Below, one piece after another: positions 18,715 to 28,671 of a stretch of DNA of 64,000 nucleotides (position 1 is its first letter; each line of letters opens with the position of its first letter). Below the pieces are notes generated by a model, which saw nothing but the letters and a program-made list of their open reading frames with translations, ran no database searches and had not been told where the DNA came from. Made by a program: the position numbers and the translations under genes. The DNA is taken from IMG/VR virus record IMGVR_UViG_3300020186_000396, positions 1 through 64,000 of that record; one strand, given 5' to 3'. Source of the stretch: a virus.

Positions 18715-18740
18715 ATAACATTCACCAAGATAGTCGACAA

Positions 18741-19397
18741 ATGAAATACCCGCGCACATTTCACTTTCCATGGTCCGAAGGTGCTACCTCCGATGACAAA
18801 ATCGCCAAAGATGTATCTCGACTAATCAAAACTGGTATCGTCGTGACAGAAAAGGTCGACGGATCAAATACGTGTATGACACGTGACGCTTGTTTCTCTC
18901 GTTCTCATGCTGGCCCCCCAACGCACGCTAGTTTTGATGCGTTTAAAGCAATGCACGATTACGTAAAATATGAGATTCCAGAAGGAGTCGAAGTGTTCGG
19001 AGAATGGTGCTTCGCACTTCACTCGATTCCATATCACAACCTACCTGCTTATTTCATGGTCATCGGAATCCGCGAAGGTAACCGTTGGTGGGCTTGGCGC
19101 GACGTGGCAAAATTCTGCGGTATGAATGGACTTGCATCCGTTCCAGAATTGTTTTTTGGGTCGGTTGATAATGAAGCCCAGCTGTTAGAGCTGACTATTC
19201 GTGATGCCAGCGCTCAATCTCATATCGGAGCGGCGCCAAAATGGGAACGCGAAGGCGTTGTTGTTCGAGTATTGGAATCTTTTGATGATTCAGATTTTTC
19301 CAAATGCGTTATGAAATGGGTTCGAAAGAATCATGTTCAGACTAGTGAACATTGGAAGAATCAAACGATCGTTAAAAACAAAATCAAAATTCCTTGA
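18741..19397 (+). CDS. ATP-dependent RNA ligase family protein
   Basis: MKYPRTFH, TEKVDGSN, FGEW, REGVV, KWVR. The ORF-track extension upstream is element sequence. Confidence 0.88.
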   Translation: MKYPRTFHFPWSEGATSDDKIAKDVSRLIKTGIVVTEKVDGSNTCMTRDACFSRSHAGPPTHASFDAFKAMHDYVKYEIPEGVEVFGEWCFALHSIPYHNLPAYFMVIGIREGNRWWAWRDVAKFCGMNGLASVPELFFGSVDNEAQLLELTIRDASAQSHIGAAPKWEREGVVVRVLESFDDSDFSKCVMKWVRKNHVQTSEHWKNQTIVKNKIKIP

Positions 19398-19429
19398 CGA
19401 GTTTTTGCTAACGTGTTGCGCCTCATTAA

Positions 19430-19933
19430 ATGCAAGAATCATATAAAGATCTTTTCAGTTTGGTAAACGAATTCGATGCACTTTGTATAACTACAAACGG
19501 TATCGTTAAGTCTTCTGGCGCGGCAGTGATGGGCGCTGGTGTGGCGAAGACTTGCGCCCAGTTGTGGCCGCAGACACCTCTCATTCTAGGAGAGCTGCTG
19601 GTATCGAGCGGGCGCAACATACCATTCCATCTAGGAAATGTAACAGATGGGAATTTTTGGACAGAAACAAATCCAGAAACAGAAGAGACTTTGCATTTCT
19701 GTCGCATTTTCAGTTTTCCAACAAAACATCATTACTCAAATCCATCTGATATCGATCTCATTAAAGAATCGTGTCATCATATGGTTGTGTTTGCTGACCA
19801 GCTGAAAATGAAGAGCATAGCTCTATCTCGGCCTGGTTGCGGGAACGGCGGGTTGTCCTGGAATGATGTCAGGCCCATTGTTGGTAAAATTTTAGACGAT
19901 CGTTTTCACGTAATAGAGCGTAAAGGTAATTGA
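19430..19933 (+). CDS. Macrodomain (ADP-ribose binding/hydrolase) protein
   Basis: ITTNG...VMGAGVA, FPTK, PGCGNGGL.W. Confidence 0.88.
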   Translation: MQESYKDLFSLVNEFDALCITTNGIVKSSGAAVMGAGVAKTCAQLWPQTPLILGELLVSSGRNIPFHLGNVTDGNFWTETNPETEETLHFCRIFSFPTKHHYSNPSDIDLIKESCHHMVVFADQLKMKSIALSRPGCGNGGLSWNDVRPIVGKILDDRFHVIERKGN

Positions 19934-19934
19934 G

Positions 19935-20687
19935 ATGCCTACTGAAGTAGATTTGAAAATGAGACGCCTCGAAGCGTTCTCAACGATGCGCGTTCTTGAT
20001 GACGCGTGGTTTGTAGTTCGACTTGATGGCAGAAATTTCAGCAAGCTTACCAAAAAAGAATTCATCAAGCCATTCGACATCGGCCTGCAAGAGATGTTTG
20101 CTAAAACAACCACCATGTTAATGGAGGAATTTTCTTGCGCATATGGCTACGCCATTAGCGATGAAATCTCGTTGCTGTTTCAAAAAGACTTTAAAGTTTT
20201 CGATCGTCAGGTTGAGAAGATTGTTTCATTAACTGCCGCTGCCGCTTCGTCGCAAATGTCTATGCTGACTGGTAAACGAATGCAGTTTGACAGTAGGGTT
20301 GTAGTTCTTCCAGGCGATAAAAACGTTTTAGAATATTTTCGATGGCGCCAGGATGACGGATTCAGAAATGCACTCAGTGATTTGTGTTACTGGACTCTAT
20401 TAAAAAGCGGTAACGGTATGACTGAAGCAAAAGCTCAGACTGAATTGAATGGTCAAAGTTTTGAAAAAAAGATCACGTTATTGTTTTCACACAACGTGGA
20501 TTATTTCAAAATGCCAAGTCAGTTCCGGCGCGGAGCCGGTTTTATCTGGCAAAACTTTCAGAAAGAAGGCTTCAATCCACAATTGAACCAATCAGTAACG
20601 GTGGATCGGCGGCGCATTGCTAGTGTGTATGACCTTCCGGCAGGTACTGAGTACGAACAATTCATTACTAGTCAGCTAACGAAATGA
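19935..20687 (+). CDS. tRNA(His) guanylyltransferase Thg1-like 3'-5' polymerase
   Basis: VRLDGRNF, SDEISL, FDSRV, YFRWRQ.D, RRG. Confidence 0.92.
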   Translation: MPTEVDLKMRRLEAFSTMRVLDDAWFVVRLDGRNFSKLTKKEFIKPFDIGLQEMFAKTTTMLMEEFSCAYGYAISDEISLLFQKDFKVFDRQVEKIVSLTAAAASSQMSMLTGKRMQFDSRVVVLPGDKNVLEYFRWRQDDGFRNALSDLCYWTLLKSGNGMTEAKAQTELNGQSFEKKITLLFSHNVDYFKMPSQFRRGAGFIWQNFQKEGFNPQLNQSVTVDRRRIASVYDLPAGTEYEQFITSQLTK

Positions 20688-20699
20688 TATAGCTTATGA

Positions 20700-21299
20700 G
20701 TGGCCAGCATAGTTAACATATCGAATCTACTCGATGAAATACAGCAGCCACTTTATATTCATGCTACCAATGCACGAACAAATAAGCTAATCGCCATTCA
20801 AAAAGCAGCGAATGAGTTACGCAAAGCGCAACTAGAGTGCGTTGGGCGTAAATACGTTTATAAACTTATGACCGGCGTAAGGTTTGGTCGTGTCAATTAC
20901 AGAACGTTTTATAAACTCGTAGACATTTTACGAGTGCATGAAACATCTGCGTACTTCATCTTGCATCATAAGATCTTAGATTTCGTTACAGTAAACAAGT
21001 ATAAAGCTCGGTGGTTCATCGTATTCTTGATGAAACTACGTCACAAACGAGATGGCAACACAAAACATATCCAAGATGTATTCATCAAGCGCTATCTATC
21101 ACCTAAAAATGATTTATCAGCAAGGATCGACTCAACGTTTCTGAATATGTTTGTTCAAGAGTACCCTTCATTTGATCGTACTAAGCTATTTCGACATCTA
21201 GTTAACTATAAAAATGCAAAAGATAGCTACGGCAAGAACGTATTATCTACATTTTTTGAGATATGTCCTGAGTACAGTAAGTACGCGATACTAGAATAA
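20700..21299 (+). CDS. Hypothetical protein
   Basis: 199-aa ORF; C-terminal KYAILE. Confidence 0.65.
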   Translation: MASIVNISNLLDEIQQPLYIHATNARTNKLIAIQKAANELRKAQLECVGRKYVYKLMTGVRFGRVNYRTFYKLVDILRVHETSAYFILHHKILDFVTVNKYKARWFIVFLMKLRHKRDGNTKHIQDVFIKRYLSPKNDLSARIDSTFLNMFVQEYPSFDRTKLFRHLVNYKNAKDSYGKNVLSTFFEICPEYSKYAILE

Positions 21300-21340
21300 G
21301 AACTAGCTTTGTGGGGTGACCTTAACAACGAGACTAACAT

Positions 21341-21665
21341 ATGAAACTATTCTATCAGTTGTCCAGTAAACAGCAAGACGCCGCCATCGAACATTGTGCA
21401 GATCTAGTTGAAAACGCGCGAAGATAAGCTTCAGTTCTTGATGGACGACGAAGTGTTCTCAGATACAATTTTTGAATTAGCTTCTGAGATGGCTCACAAC
21501 GCATTTTATCACGACAATGATGAGCTTGTGGTATTTACAGATGCGCTTGATTCACGTGTAGCGTCTAACGACGACGAAGACGAAGCTGCTGATGATGAAG
21601 CTGATGAAGATATCAAGACGGTTGAAGATTTGGTCCGCCCACACTTAAAGAAACTTCTTAATTAA
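21341..21665 (+). CDS. Acidic hypothetical protein, possibly frameshifted
   Basis: ATG 21341 opens MKLFYQLSS...VENARR*; a second frame 21408-21665 continues. Confidence 0.4.
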
Positions 21666-22959
21666 ACGATAGCACCTTGAAGCCCATGCTTGTGAAGTCT
21701 TTGACTGACAAACAGTTGCGGGCATCAAAGATCATTTGTTGGTGCATGGTTTGACCAAGCTGAAACCAATCTATATCAAAATACTCTGGCCACTCTGTGC
21801 AAAAAATAATTATGTCAGTATCTTTAAACAGATCGTAAACAGATTCGCAATATTCAACTGCGAAGTCTGGAAATTTCATTGGCATTTTGAAACTAGCTAC
21901 TGGATCGTGAGCTTTAATAATTGTTCCGTGCTCTAATAGCACTCTAATTATATCGACCGAAGGTGAGTCGGTAAGGTCATCAGTAAATGGTTTGTATGTT
22001 AAACCCATTATACCGATTGTTTTTCCATTCAGCCCACCTAATTCATTAGCTATTTTATGAATCAGAATATCGCGTTGGTTATAGTTAGATCGTAGTGCGC
22101 TATCAATTATCGGTACTTCGATGTTTGAGGAGATAGCAATATCGTTTAGCATCTCGAAACTTTCGCCGTATTCTTTGCGGCTCCATCCAAGGCCATACTT
22201 GATATTTAGTGAGTTGATGCCGGTTGCCTTGAGTACTCTAATGACTTCGTCAGTCTTTGCTCCGTTTTGATTAGCAAGATTGTTAATCTCATTCAGAAAT
22301 GATGATTTTACGCCTTTAAATATCTTTTCAGCATGGTAGGCCAATTCAGCTGAACCGATATCAGTAATGATCAATTGACCATCTTGTCGATGCGGTTGTG
22401 GAAGGTAATCAGGCAGAATTATAGATTTTTCTATGATTGGGCGATACAATCCGTCAAGAATAGATGCTGCGCGTAGATTGTTAACCCCAACAACAATTTT
22501 TTCGGGGTAAAACGTATCGATGATAATCGAGCCGGTAGTTATTCCGGGCATTTCATATGCTACGGCGAAGTTATCGCTCTTTTCGCGTATTACTTTGCCA
22601 GCTTGAACAGTAAGCCCTAGTTGGGTAGGTGATTTGTTTACAAGAATTCTGAATTTAGACTTAATCGTCTCGGAAAATACAAGAGCAACTTCCATCAGGT
22701 TATAACCTGCATCCGAAGTAAAGAACACGACATCACTCTGTTCGATCGCGCTTGTAACGTTTGTCGTATAGTATAAACTGCTATTTACTATTTTAATCGA
22801 GTCGTTCAGATACGGTTCGTAAAAATGCAATGAATTATTGCGTAATAGCTCTATTTTTGTTTGGTTGTCGTCCACGATGATCACAAAATGATTCATGTAC
22901 GCTAACAAAATAGCAGTGGAAAGACCGATTTCGTCGGTCCCGATTACGGCGATGTTCAT
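21658..22959 (-). CDS. UDP-glucose/GDP-mannose dehydrogenase homolog, degenerate
   Basis: FYEP.L, VNKS, SFLNEI, GLTYKPFTDDL.DSP, FDARN; catalytic motifs altered. Confidence 0.85.
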   Translation of the reverse strand: MNIAVIGTDEIGLSTAILLAYMNHFVIIVDDNQTKIELLRNNSLHFYEPYLNDSIKIVNSSLYYTTNVTSAIEQSDVVFFTSDAGYNLMEVALVFSETIKSKFRILVNKSPTQLGLTVQAGKVIREKSDNFAVAYEMPGITTGSIIIDTFYPEKIVVGVNNLRAASILDGLYRPIIEKSIILPDYLPQPHRQDGQLIITDIGSAELAYHAEKIFKGVKSSFLNEINNLANQNGAKTDEVIRVLKATGINSLNIKYGLGWSRKEYGESFEMLNDIAISSNIEVPIIDSALRSNYNQRDILIHKIANELGGLNGKTIGIMGLTYKPFTDDLTDSPSVDIIRVLLEHGTIIKAHDPVASFKMPMKFPDFAVEYCESVYDLFKDTDIIIFCTEWPEYFDIDWFQLGQTMHQQMIFDARNCLSVKDFTSMGFKVLSFN

Positions 22960-23016
22960 CTACGGATATATTGTTTTATTATAAGGTCGGAAAAAGCAGT
23001 TTTTCCGCATAAAGAC

Positions 23017-24726
23017 ATGCCAGACAGAGATTGGATACAGAAAAGAATACAAGCCGTGATTAATTTCTACGGTTCTGATTTCTTCATAGGTAAAAAAATA
23101 CTTGATGTTGGCTCTGGCAATGGAACTGTAGCCAGAGCCTTTGTTGATATGGGAGCTAAAGTTACGTGCCTTGATGCTAGGAAAACGGCACTAGACGCCA
23201 TTCATAATTCAAATCCGTCTATTCGTTGTATCAAAGCCGATCTTGATCAAGAGTGGCCATTTCATAATGATTATTATGACCTAACACTACATCTAAGTAC
23301 GCTTAATCATTTGACATACGTGGAAAAGCATCTGCAATTCTTATGTCAGATTACAAATTACATGGTTTTGGATGTTCAGGTATGCGACTCGACCAGTCCA
23401 GCTAAATACATTCTTGTAAAAGAGAATCGTACAAACGTCAACCATTCTTTTAATGGTGTTGGTTGTCGCCCGGCGCCTGCGTTTATTGAACGCATTTTGA
23501 CAAACAATGGTATGGAATTTGAAATGTTGCAGGACAGCAGCTGCAACAGCGGTCGTTACGTATACGATTGGGTTGGTAAAAATTCAAATTCTATCCAACA
23601 AGGATTGAGCAGGATGTGGTTTGCAAAGCGCCACTCGCTCCGAGCCATCGTTGAACCAGAAACGATTATAGGGCCAAGCAGGACTCCTAAACAACGAATC
23701 TTTCCAGCACCTGTCCTACCGCCATTCCAAATCACGGAACCAAACAACAACAGCACTGATGGAATCTTTACCGGTTCAATAAGTGGTGTCGGGAACTATC
23801 CGGCTCCGTACTCGTATTCTTCTTCGGCAGTTGATACGATCAAACGCGACAGTCGAGATTTTGGTTTGATTACGCCGGAAACGTTCTCGCCAAAAGAAAC
23901 ATTCAATACCATTGGTAATATATTACCAATAAGCTCAAGCTCTCGTTTGTGGGTTAAAAAAATCGAGCCATTTTTCCCAAACATAACGGTTCATCACTTA
24001 GCGCATTCAATGCGTGGGTTTAAAAAATCTTCAACAGCTCCTAGCGTTGTTATGTGTTCAATTGATAGAATCTATCAATGCAACAGAATTTGGATTGAAG
24101 AATGGCTCAATTACGAATTAACAGATAGCGATATCGCAATTTTAAGTAGCTGTGGAACAATAATGACGCCATCCATGCTTAATGCTCAGGCTATTTTGAA
24201 TAAAATTCCAAATGCTAATGTTCAAAATGTTGAGAGGCCTTGGCCTTCAATCAACGTTGTTGCGCATCCCGGAGATTATTATCTATATTTTGAAAAGAAT
24301 CCGCAAGCTACTAAAAATCTATTAAATGCTTGGGATGCCTATTTTGGCAAGATACTAATTGTAGATACTAAGTCTAAATTACCTGAGCTGGCCAGTTATC
24401 TTTCAGATTGTCTACCGTACGATACACTTTTCAAATATATTATCGGAGCCAAAGCCATTATAGACTTACCAGAAAATAACTATTACATGTCTGGATTATT
24501 AAATACGGCTAAACGTATTGGTGTTCCAGTGATAACTAATAATAGTTATGAAGTTGATTTTGGAAATCATACCTTAATTTCACAAGATAAAGCTTTTTCA
24601 AAATTCCCAGGACCAGATAACATTCGTAAGGCAATGAATAACTTCAAAAACAAAATTCAAACATCTAGACGTACCTCTGATAATGCACACGTTGTTAGCG
24701 CTGTTGAAAAGCTGATTGGCATGTAA
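23017..24726 (+). CDS. Class I SAM methyltransferase fused to a glycosyltransferase-like domain
   Basis: ILDVGSGNG motif I; C-terminal A..IGVPVIT of GT-B type. Confidence 0.7.
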   Translation: MPDRDWIQKRIQAVINFYGSDFFIGKKILDVGSGNGTVARAFVDMGAKVTCLDARKTALDAIHNSNPSIRCIKADLDQEWPFHNDYYDLTLHLSTLNHLTYVEKHLQFLCQITNYMVLDVQVCDSTSPAKYILVKENRTNVNHSFNGVGCRPAPAFIERILTNNGMEFEMLQDSSCNSGRYVYDWVGKNSNSIQQGLSRMWFAKRHSLRAIVEPETIIGPSRTPKQRIFPAPVLPPFQITEPNNNSTDGIFTGSISGVGNYPAPYSYSSSAVDTIKRDSRDFGLITPETFSPKETFNTIGNILPISSSSRLWVKKIEPFFPNITVHHLAHSMRGFKKSSTAPSVVMCSIDRIYQCNRIWIEEWLNYELTDSDIAILSSCGTIMTPSMLNAQAILNKIPNANVQNVERPWPSINVVAHPGDYYLYFEKNPQATKNLLNAWDAYFGKILIVDTKSKLPELASYLSDCLPYDTLFKYIIGAKAIIDLPENNYYMSGLLNTAKRIGVPVITNNSYEVDFGNHTLISQDKAFSKFPGPDNIRKAMNNFKNKIQTSRRTSDNAHVVSAVEKLIGM

Positions 24727-25703
24727 TGTTAAAAGTACTTTATTTACCATTAAATAGTCCGGAAGGCGTGCAGCAAGGAATGTATGACGCTTGGAATAAT
24801 ATAAATGTAAAGTTTGAAATTTTCGATTTCTATATGAACTATCTTAGAAGTAGTAAAAATCTTAGTGTTGTACGTAGTCAGTTTCTTAAACAGGTGGATA
24901 AATTCAAACCAGATTTGATCCATATGCAGTTGCAGTTTACTGACATCATTGATAATGCAACGCTAAAAAAGGCCAGAGCGCTTTCTCCAAATGTAATTAT
25001 AACAAACTGGTCAGGCGATATCCGAGCTACAGCTATACCTAATTTTATAAATCTAAGCAATGCGCTTGATTACAGTTTTATTTCTAGTACTGGTCAGCTT
25101 GAGATGTATCGCAAAGCAGGTTGCAATAATGTTCGGTACTGGCAAATCGGATACGATCCTAAAAATAGTTATCCTGTAAACAATAAAACATTTAAGTATG
25201 ATGTAACGTTTATCGGAAACAACTATGGAAATACTTTTCCGGACGGATACATCAGGCTAGAGGCTGCAAACAAATTAAGAAACGCATTCGGCGCTAAATT
25301 TGGAATATTTGGCGGGGGCTTTCCGAAACCTTGGAACACACCAACATGCAATCCAACAGAAGCAAATGGACACTACAACAATAGTATTTGTGCATTAAGC
25401 ATAAGTAATTTCAATAGTGTTAGTCATTATTTTTCGGATAGACTTTTATATTGTGTAGGCTCTGGTCGCCCAACAATTTCTTGGTCCTTTCCAGGTGGTG
25501 ATAGTTATTTTGCTGATGGTAGTGAAATACTGTTTGTACATACATACGAAGAATTAATTAACGCGGTTAAATTTTGTAAAGACAATCCAGATAAAGCAAA
25601 TCAAATCGGTAAAAATGGACAGATGCGCGCGTTCAAAGAGCATACTAATACATCCAGAATTCTTGAGTTGCTTCACATCACTAAATTGATATCGAAAGTC
25701 TAA
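24726..25703 (+). CDS. Glycosyltransferase (CgeB/GT-B type)
   Basis: YDVTFIG, SDRLL...GSG, A..IG.NG...A..EHT..R. Confidence 0.82.
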   Translation: MLKVLYLPLNSPEGVQQGMYDAWNNINVKFEIFDFYMNYLRSSKNLSVVRSQFLKQVDKFKPDLIHMQLQFTDIIDNATLKKARALSPNVIITNWSGDIRATAIPNFINLSNALDYSFISSTGQLEMYRKAGCNNVRYWQIGYDPKNSYPVNNKTFKYDVTFIGNNYGNTFPDGYIRLEAANKLRNAFGAKFGIFGGGFPKPWNTPTCNPTEANGHYNNSICALSISNFNSVSHYFSDRLLYCVGSGRPTISWSFPGGDSYFADGSEILFVHTYEELINAVKFCKDNPDKANQIGKNGQMRAFKEHTNTSRILELLHITKLISKV

Positions 25704-26266
25704 TGATTAGATTAATGTACAACTACTATAAAGACAAGGTTCCTGCACGAAAACAGGAGATTGACTTCTGCTTAAATAAAAATCTTGCCAATAACCATAT
25801 GAATATGGTTATTCTAGAATCTAGCGCAAAACCAACGTATGATTATTTTTTTGAGAAAATAAACTCGTTAACGGGGCCTGATGATATTAATATCATTTGC
25901 AATTCTGATATATTTTTTGATAACACAATTGCATTAGTAAATAAAATCAAGCATGGAGAAATGTGGGCACTTACTCGTTGGGAATGGCAATCACCTAATA
26001 AAATAAAGTTTTTCAATCGTGCTGATAGTCAAGATGTATGGATCACCAGAGGAAAAATTAACAACGTGTATGGCGATTTCACTCTTGGCATTCGTGGATG
26101 TGACAACCGCATCGCACATGAATTTCAAAAGGCCAACTATAAAGTTAGTAACCCTAGCCACTCTGTTAAAACATATCACGTTCATAACTGCGGAATTAGA
26201 AATTACACCATGGCCGATGTTGTTTCTCCTCCATATTTAATTGTTCCGCCTATCACTTTGCCATGA
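25703..26266 (+). CDS. Glycosyltransferase-like protein
   Basis: NSDIFFD, ALTRWE, SQDVW, GCDN. Confidence 0.55.
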   Translation: MIRLMYNYYKDKVPARKQEIDFCLNKNLANNHMNMVILESSAKPTYDYFFEKINSLTGPDDINIICNSDIFFDNTIALVNKIKHGEMWALTRWEWQSPNKIKFFNRADSQDVWITRGKINNVYGDFTLGIRGCDNRIAHEFQKANYKVSNPSHSVKTYHVHNCGIRNYTMADVVSPPYLIVPPITLP

Positions 26267-27180
26267 GTAGAATAGTATTCTTCAACCATTTTCATAATGG
26301 CGACCTACATATTTCTAGAGGAATCGTTAGTAAAATAATTGATAAGGTTCGACAAATAGATCCGACTACACAATTTTCTTACGCGCACGTTAACGATCGT
26401 GGTTTGGTTTCTGATATTTCAAACCTATCTTTTGATCCGATCAGCATGCGTACGATCGATCAATTTGAAAACTTGCAAACCAGAGGCAACGCAACGTACA
26501 TAAATACTTGGTATGCTCAGCAGCATCATAAATACATGAATCGTCACGGCATGACCATCGATTGCTTGTACGAGGCACTTGATGATACATGCAAAACTCA
26601 CTGGAATTTTTCACTGTCGGACATATCTTCTGATCTGTCTTCGTTCTATCCGTCGATCGATTACTCTAAATTCTATATCCAGAATGTGAAAGATTGGCTA
26701 GTAGCTTACCCTCAGCAGAAAGTATTCGTATCGAACGGACTTGCCATGTCTGGACAAGCCGTTAACTTTCAGATGACTCCGATTATTGCTGAGCTGGCCA
26801 AGAGGCACTCGGAGAAAATTTTTATCCTATCTAACGACGAAGGTAACTTCCCGTTACCATCAAACGTATTCTACTCTAAAGACATAATCAAAAAACAATC
26901 CGGCTCTGATCTGAACGAGAACTCATTCATCACAACTTTTTGTGACTTGATCATAGGCCGAGCCTCTGGAGCGTTCTCTTACGCATGGACTCGCCAGAAC
27001 ATGATTGAACGCAACACGAAATTTTTATGTTTCTGCGGCCCCGGCGTAGTTGTCTACCCACCGCATCAATTTTGGACACGCGGCATCTTCAGCGATAAAA
27101 TAAAATACTCAGCGGAGTTCGTAGTCTCATCTGAGACAGATGCGAACGCTGTAAAGAATATTATCGAAAATCATCTGTGA
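26263..27180 (+). CDS. Putative glycosyltransferase (GT-B-like)
   Basis: HNGDLH; CDLIIGRASG. Confidence 0.5.
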   Translation: MSRIVFFNHFHNGDLHISRGIVSKIIDKVRQIDPTTQFSYAHVNDRGLVSDISNLSFDPISMRTIDQFENLQTRGNATYINTWYAQQHHKYMNRHGMTIDCLYEALDDTCKTHWNFSLSDISSDLSSFYPSIDYSKFYIQNVKDWLVAYPQQKVFVSNGLAMSGQAVNFQMTPIIAELAKRHSEKIFILSNDEGNFPLPSNVFYSKDIIKKQSGSDLNENSFITTFCDLIIGRASGAFSYAWTRQNMIERNTKFLCFCGPGVVVYPPHQFWTRGIFSDKIKYSAEFVVSSETDANAVKNIIENHL

Positions 27181-27845
27181 TTCAAATGATTACAGTGCAA
27201 TCCTGCGATTTTGTCGTGCGAAATGTTGAACGTTTTAAACATTTCGTATAGTACGGTCTCACCGCAGAAAATTCCATCTTGCGTTTCTCTGTAAGCATGG
27301 ATGTGATCTAGTAGATTAAATCCGCCACAGTATACGTTCATAAGTTGATTGGAAGCAAAAGCAAATCGATCATCAACCATTTCGAGTGGTAAATCTGGAC
27401 GTTCCGCTGTTTGAACAATATTTCTGTCAAACTGTGAACATTTAATCGGTTTTGTATATGTAATATCAAAACGAGCACGAATGACGTAGTCGTACGCGAC
27501 GTTATGCTCTAGGCGGTGATGTTCTTTCAATAGATTTACCTGAAGCAGGCTATACCACATGCTATAGACCATCTCTACAAACTTCTCTTGCTTGTAGCTT
27601 CTGCCGTGCGACACCATCATGCGATCCAGGGCCATATGGGTGTTGTGAATGATTTTAGGAGGTTCGACCTTCATCATTTTGGGCGCGAACAGTTTCTGTA
27701 TCTTGGCCTCCATAGGATCGCCAGGATTCATCCAAGTATGAATGAAGATGTCCGGGTTGTTCGGCCTGATTAAACAATCACGAATCGATGCAAACCCTTC
27801 GTCAACGCACCTAGGCAATCCTGAAATGAGGAGCGCTGTCTTCAT
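27171..27845 (-). CDS. Putative glycosyl/phosphotransferase
   Basis: ALLISG.PR, FIHTW, SMWYS, YDYVIRARFD, DDRFA. Confidence 0.55.
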   Translation of the reverse strand: MKTALLISGLPRCVDEGFASIRDCLIRPNNPDIFIHTWMNPGDPMEAKIQKLFAPKMMKVEPPKIIHNTHMALDRMMVSHGRSYKQEKFVEMVYSMWYSLLQVNLLKEHHRLEHNVAYDYVIRARFDITYTKPIKCSQFDRNIVQTAERPDLPLEMVDDRFAFASNQLMNVYCGGFNLLDHIHAYRETQDGIFCGETVLYEMFKTFNISHDKIAGLHCNHLNHR

Positions 27846-28324
27846 GGCTCTTTTAGTTCAGAAATAAAATCAGAACAAACCCCGTAGACGTGTTTGAGTC
27901 TTGCAGCAGAGAATCCGGGATACACATCGTTCTTTGCATCTGTAATATCCTGTAACGAGATCAATGGCACAACCGAGCGGCTGTCCGCTTCCATTAGATT
28001 ATGAGACCAAATCATATTGCAATGATTGATAATGGTATGTTCTTCTTTTTGGTGAAAAAATACCCTAAGGTTAAGCTCTATTAGGAAGCTTAGAGCTGCA
28101 TAGTTCTTAGTATGAATCCAAAGACTGTGTTTACGCTCGATAAGCCATGACAGTTCGATGGCATACTCTGGCTGGTCGTGGCCAAGATACAAAATTCCGT
28201 TGATGTATCGAACATCGATCTCGACGTCGTAACCGGCATCGATGGCTTCTTGAATATACATTTGACTGTTTTCGCGTTCTGGTATAACAGCGCTAATATT
28301 CCCTCGGTGGCTAATTAGTTTCAT
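27842..28324 (-). CDS. Glycerophosphodiester phosphodiesterase-like protein
   Basis: ISHRGN, EN, DVEIDVR, LGHD. Confidence 0.75.
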   Translation of the reverse strand: MKLISHRGNISAVIPERENSQMYIQEAIDAGYDVEIDVRYINGILYLGHDQPEYAIELSWLIERKHSLWIHTKNYAALSFLIELNLRVFFHQKEEHTIINHCNMIWSHNLMEADSRSVVPLISLQDITDAKNDVYPGFSAARLKHVYGVCSDFISELKEP

Positions 28325-28671
28325 ATTTCCTCTATCCTTTTTGCTTTGTCATCGATGACGAGATCATACATCGGTTTTTTATCGCCAAGCTCTAGTCTAT
28401 CAAACAACGCTCCCCATGTTTTTAGTTGGGTGAGAGTTAGATGGCGCAGATATTCTAAACGCTCTATGTTATCGGTTTGCGAGCTACCTCTGGCAGTCCA
28501 ATACACAATTATCCAACCTTCGTTAAAAAGCCGGTTAATCTTGGCGATGTTTTTAGCATTTGGTATGGCGTTTTCGTAAACGCGATCTCCGTCATAAAAA
28601 CATATCGTTTCGTCAATATCAACGAATGCCGTTAGTGTTTCATTGTTTTTATTGTGAATTTCGTTTTGCAT
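28321..28671 (-). CDS. HAD-superfamily phosphatase (capsule-locus type)
   Basis: DIDETI, WTAR, KP.YD..IDDK. Confidence 0.85.
   Translation of the reverse strand: MQNEIHNKNNETLTAFVDIDETICFYDGDRVYENAIPNAKNIAKINRLFNEGWIIVYWTARGSSQTDNIERLEYLRHLTLTQLKTWGALFDRLELGDKKPMYDLVIDDKAKRIEEI

Noticed and set aside
18630-18740. N-terminal extension of the RNA ligase; also ORFs 6250-6447, 50311-50505 and the tail of 13632-13901
   Set aside because: Read-through into mini-element sequence (TPPFREGMNF and similar). The 24-aa MGLGTS...SLAL mini-ORF is just the tnpB start fused to its tail.
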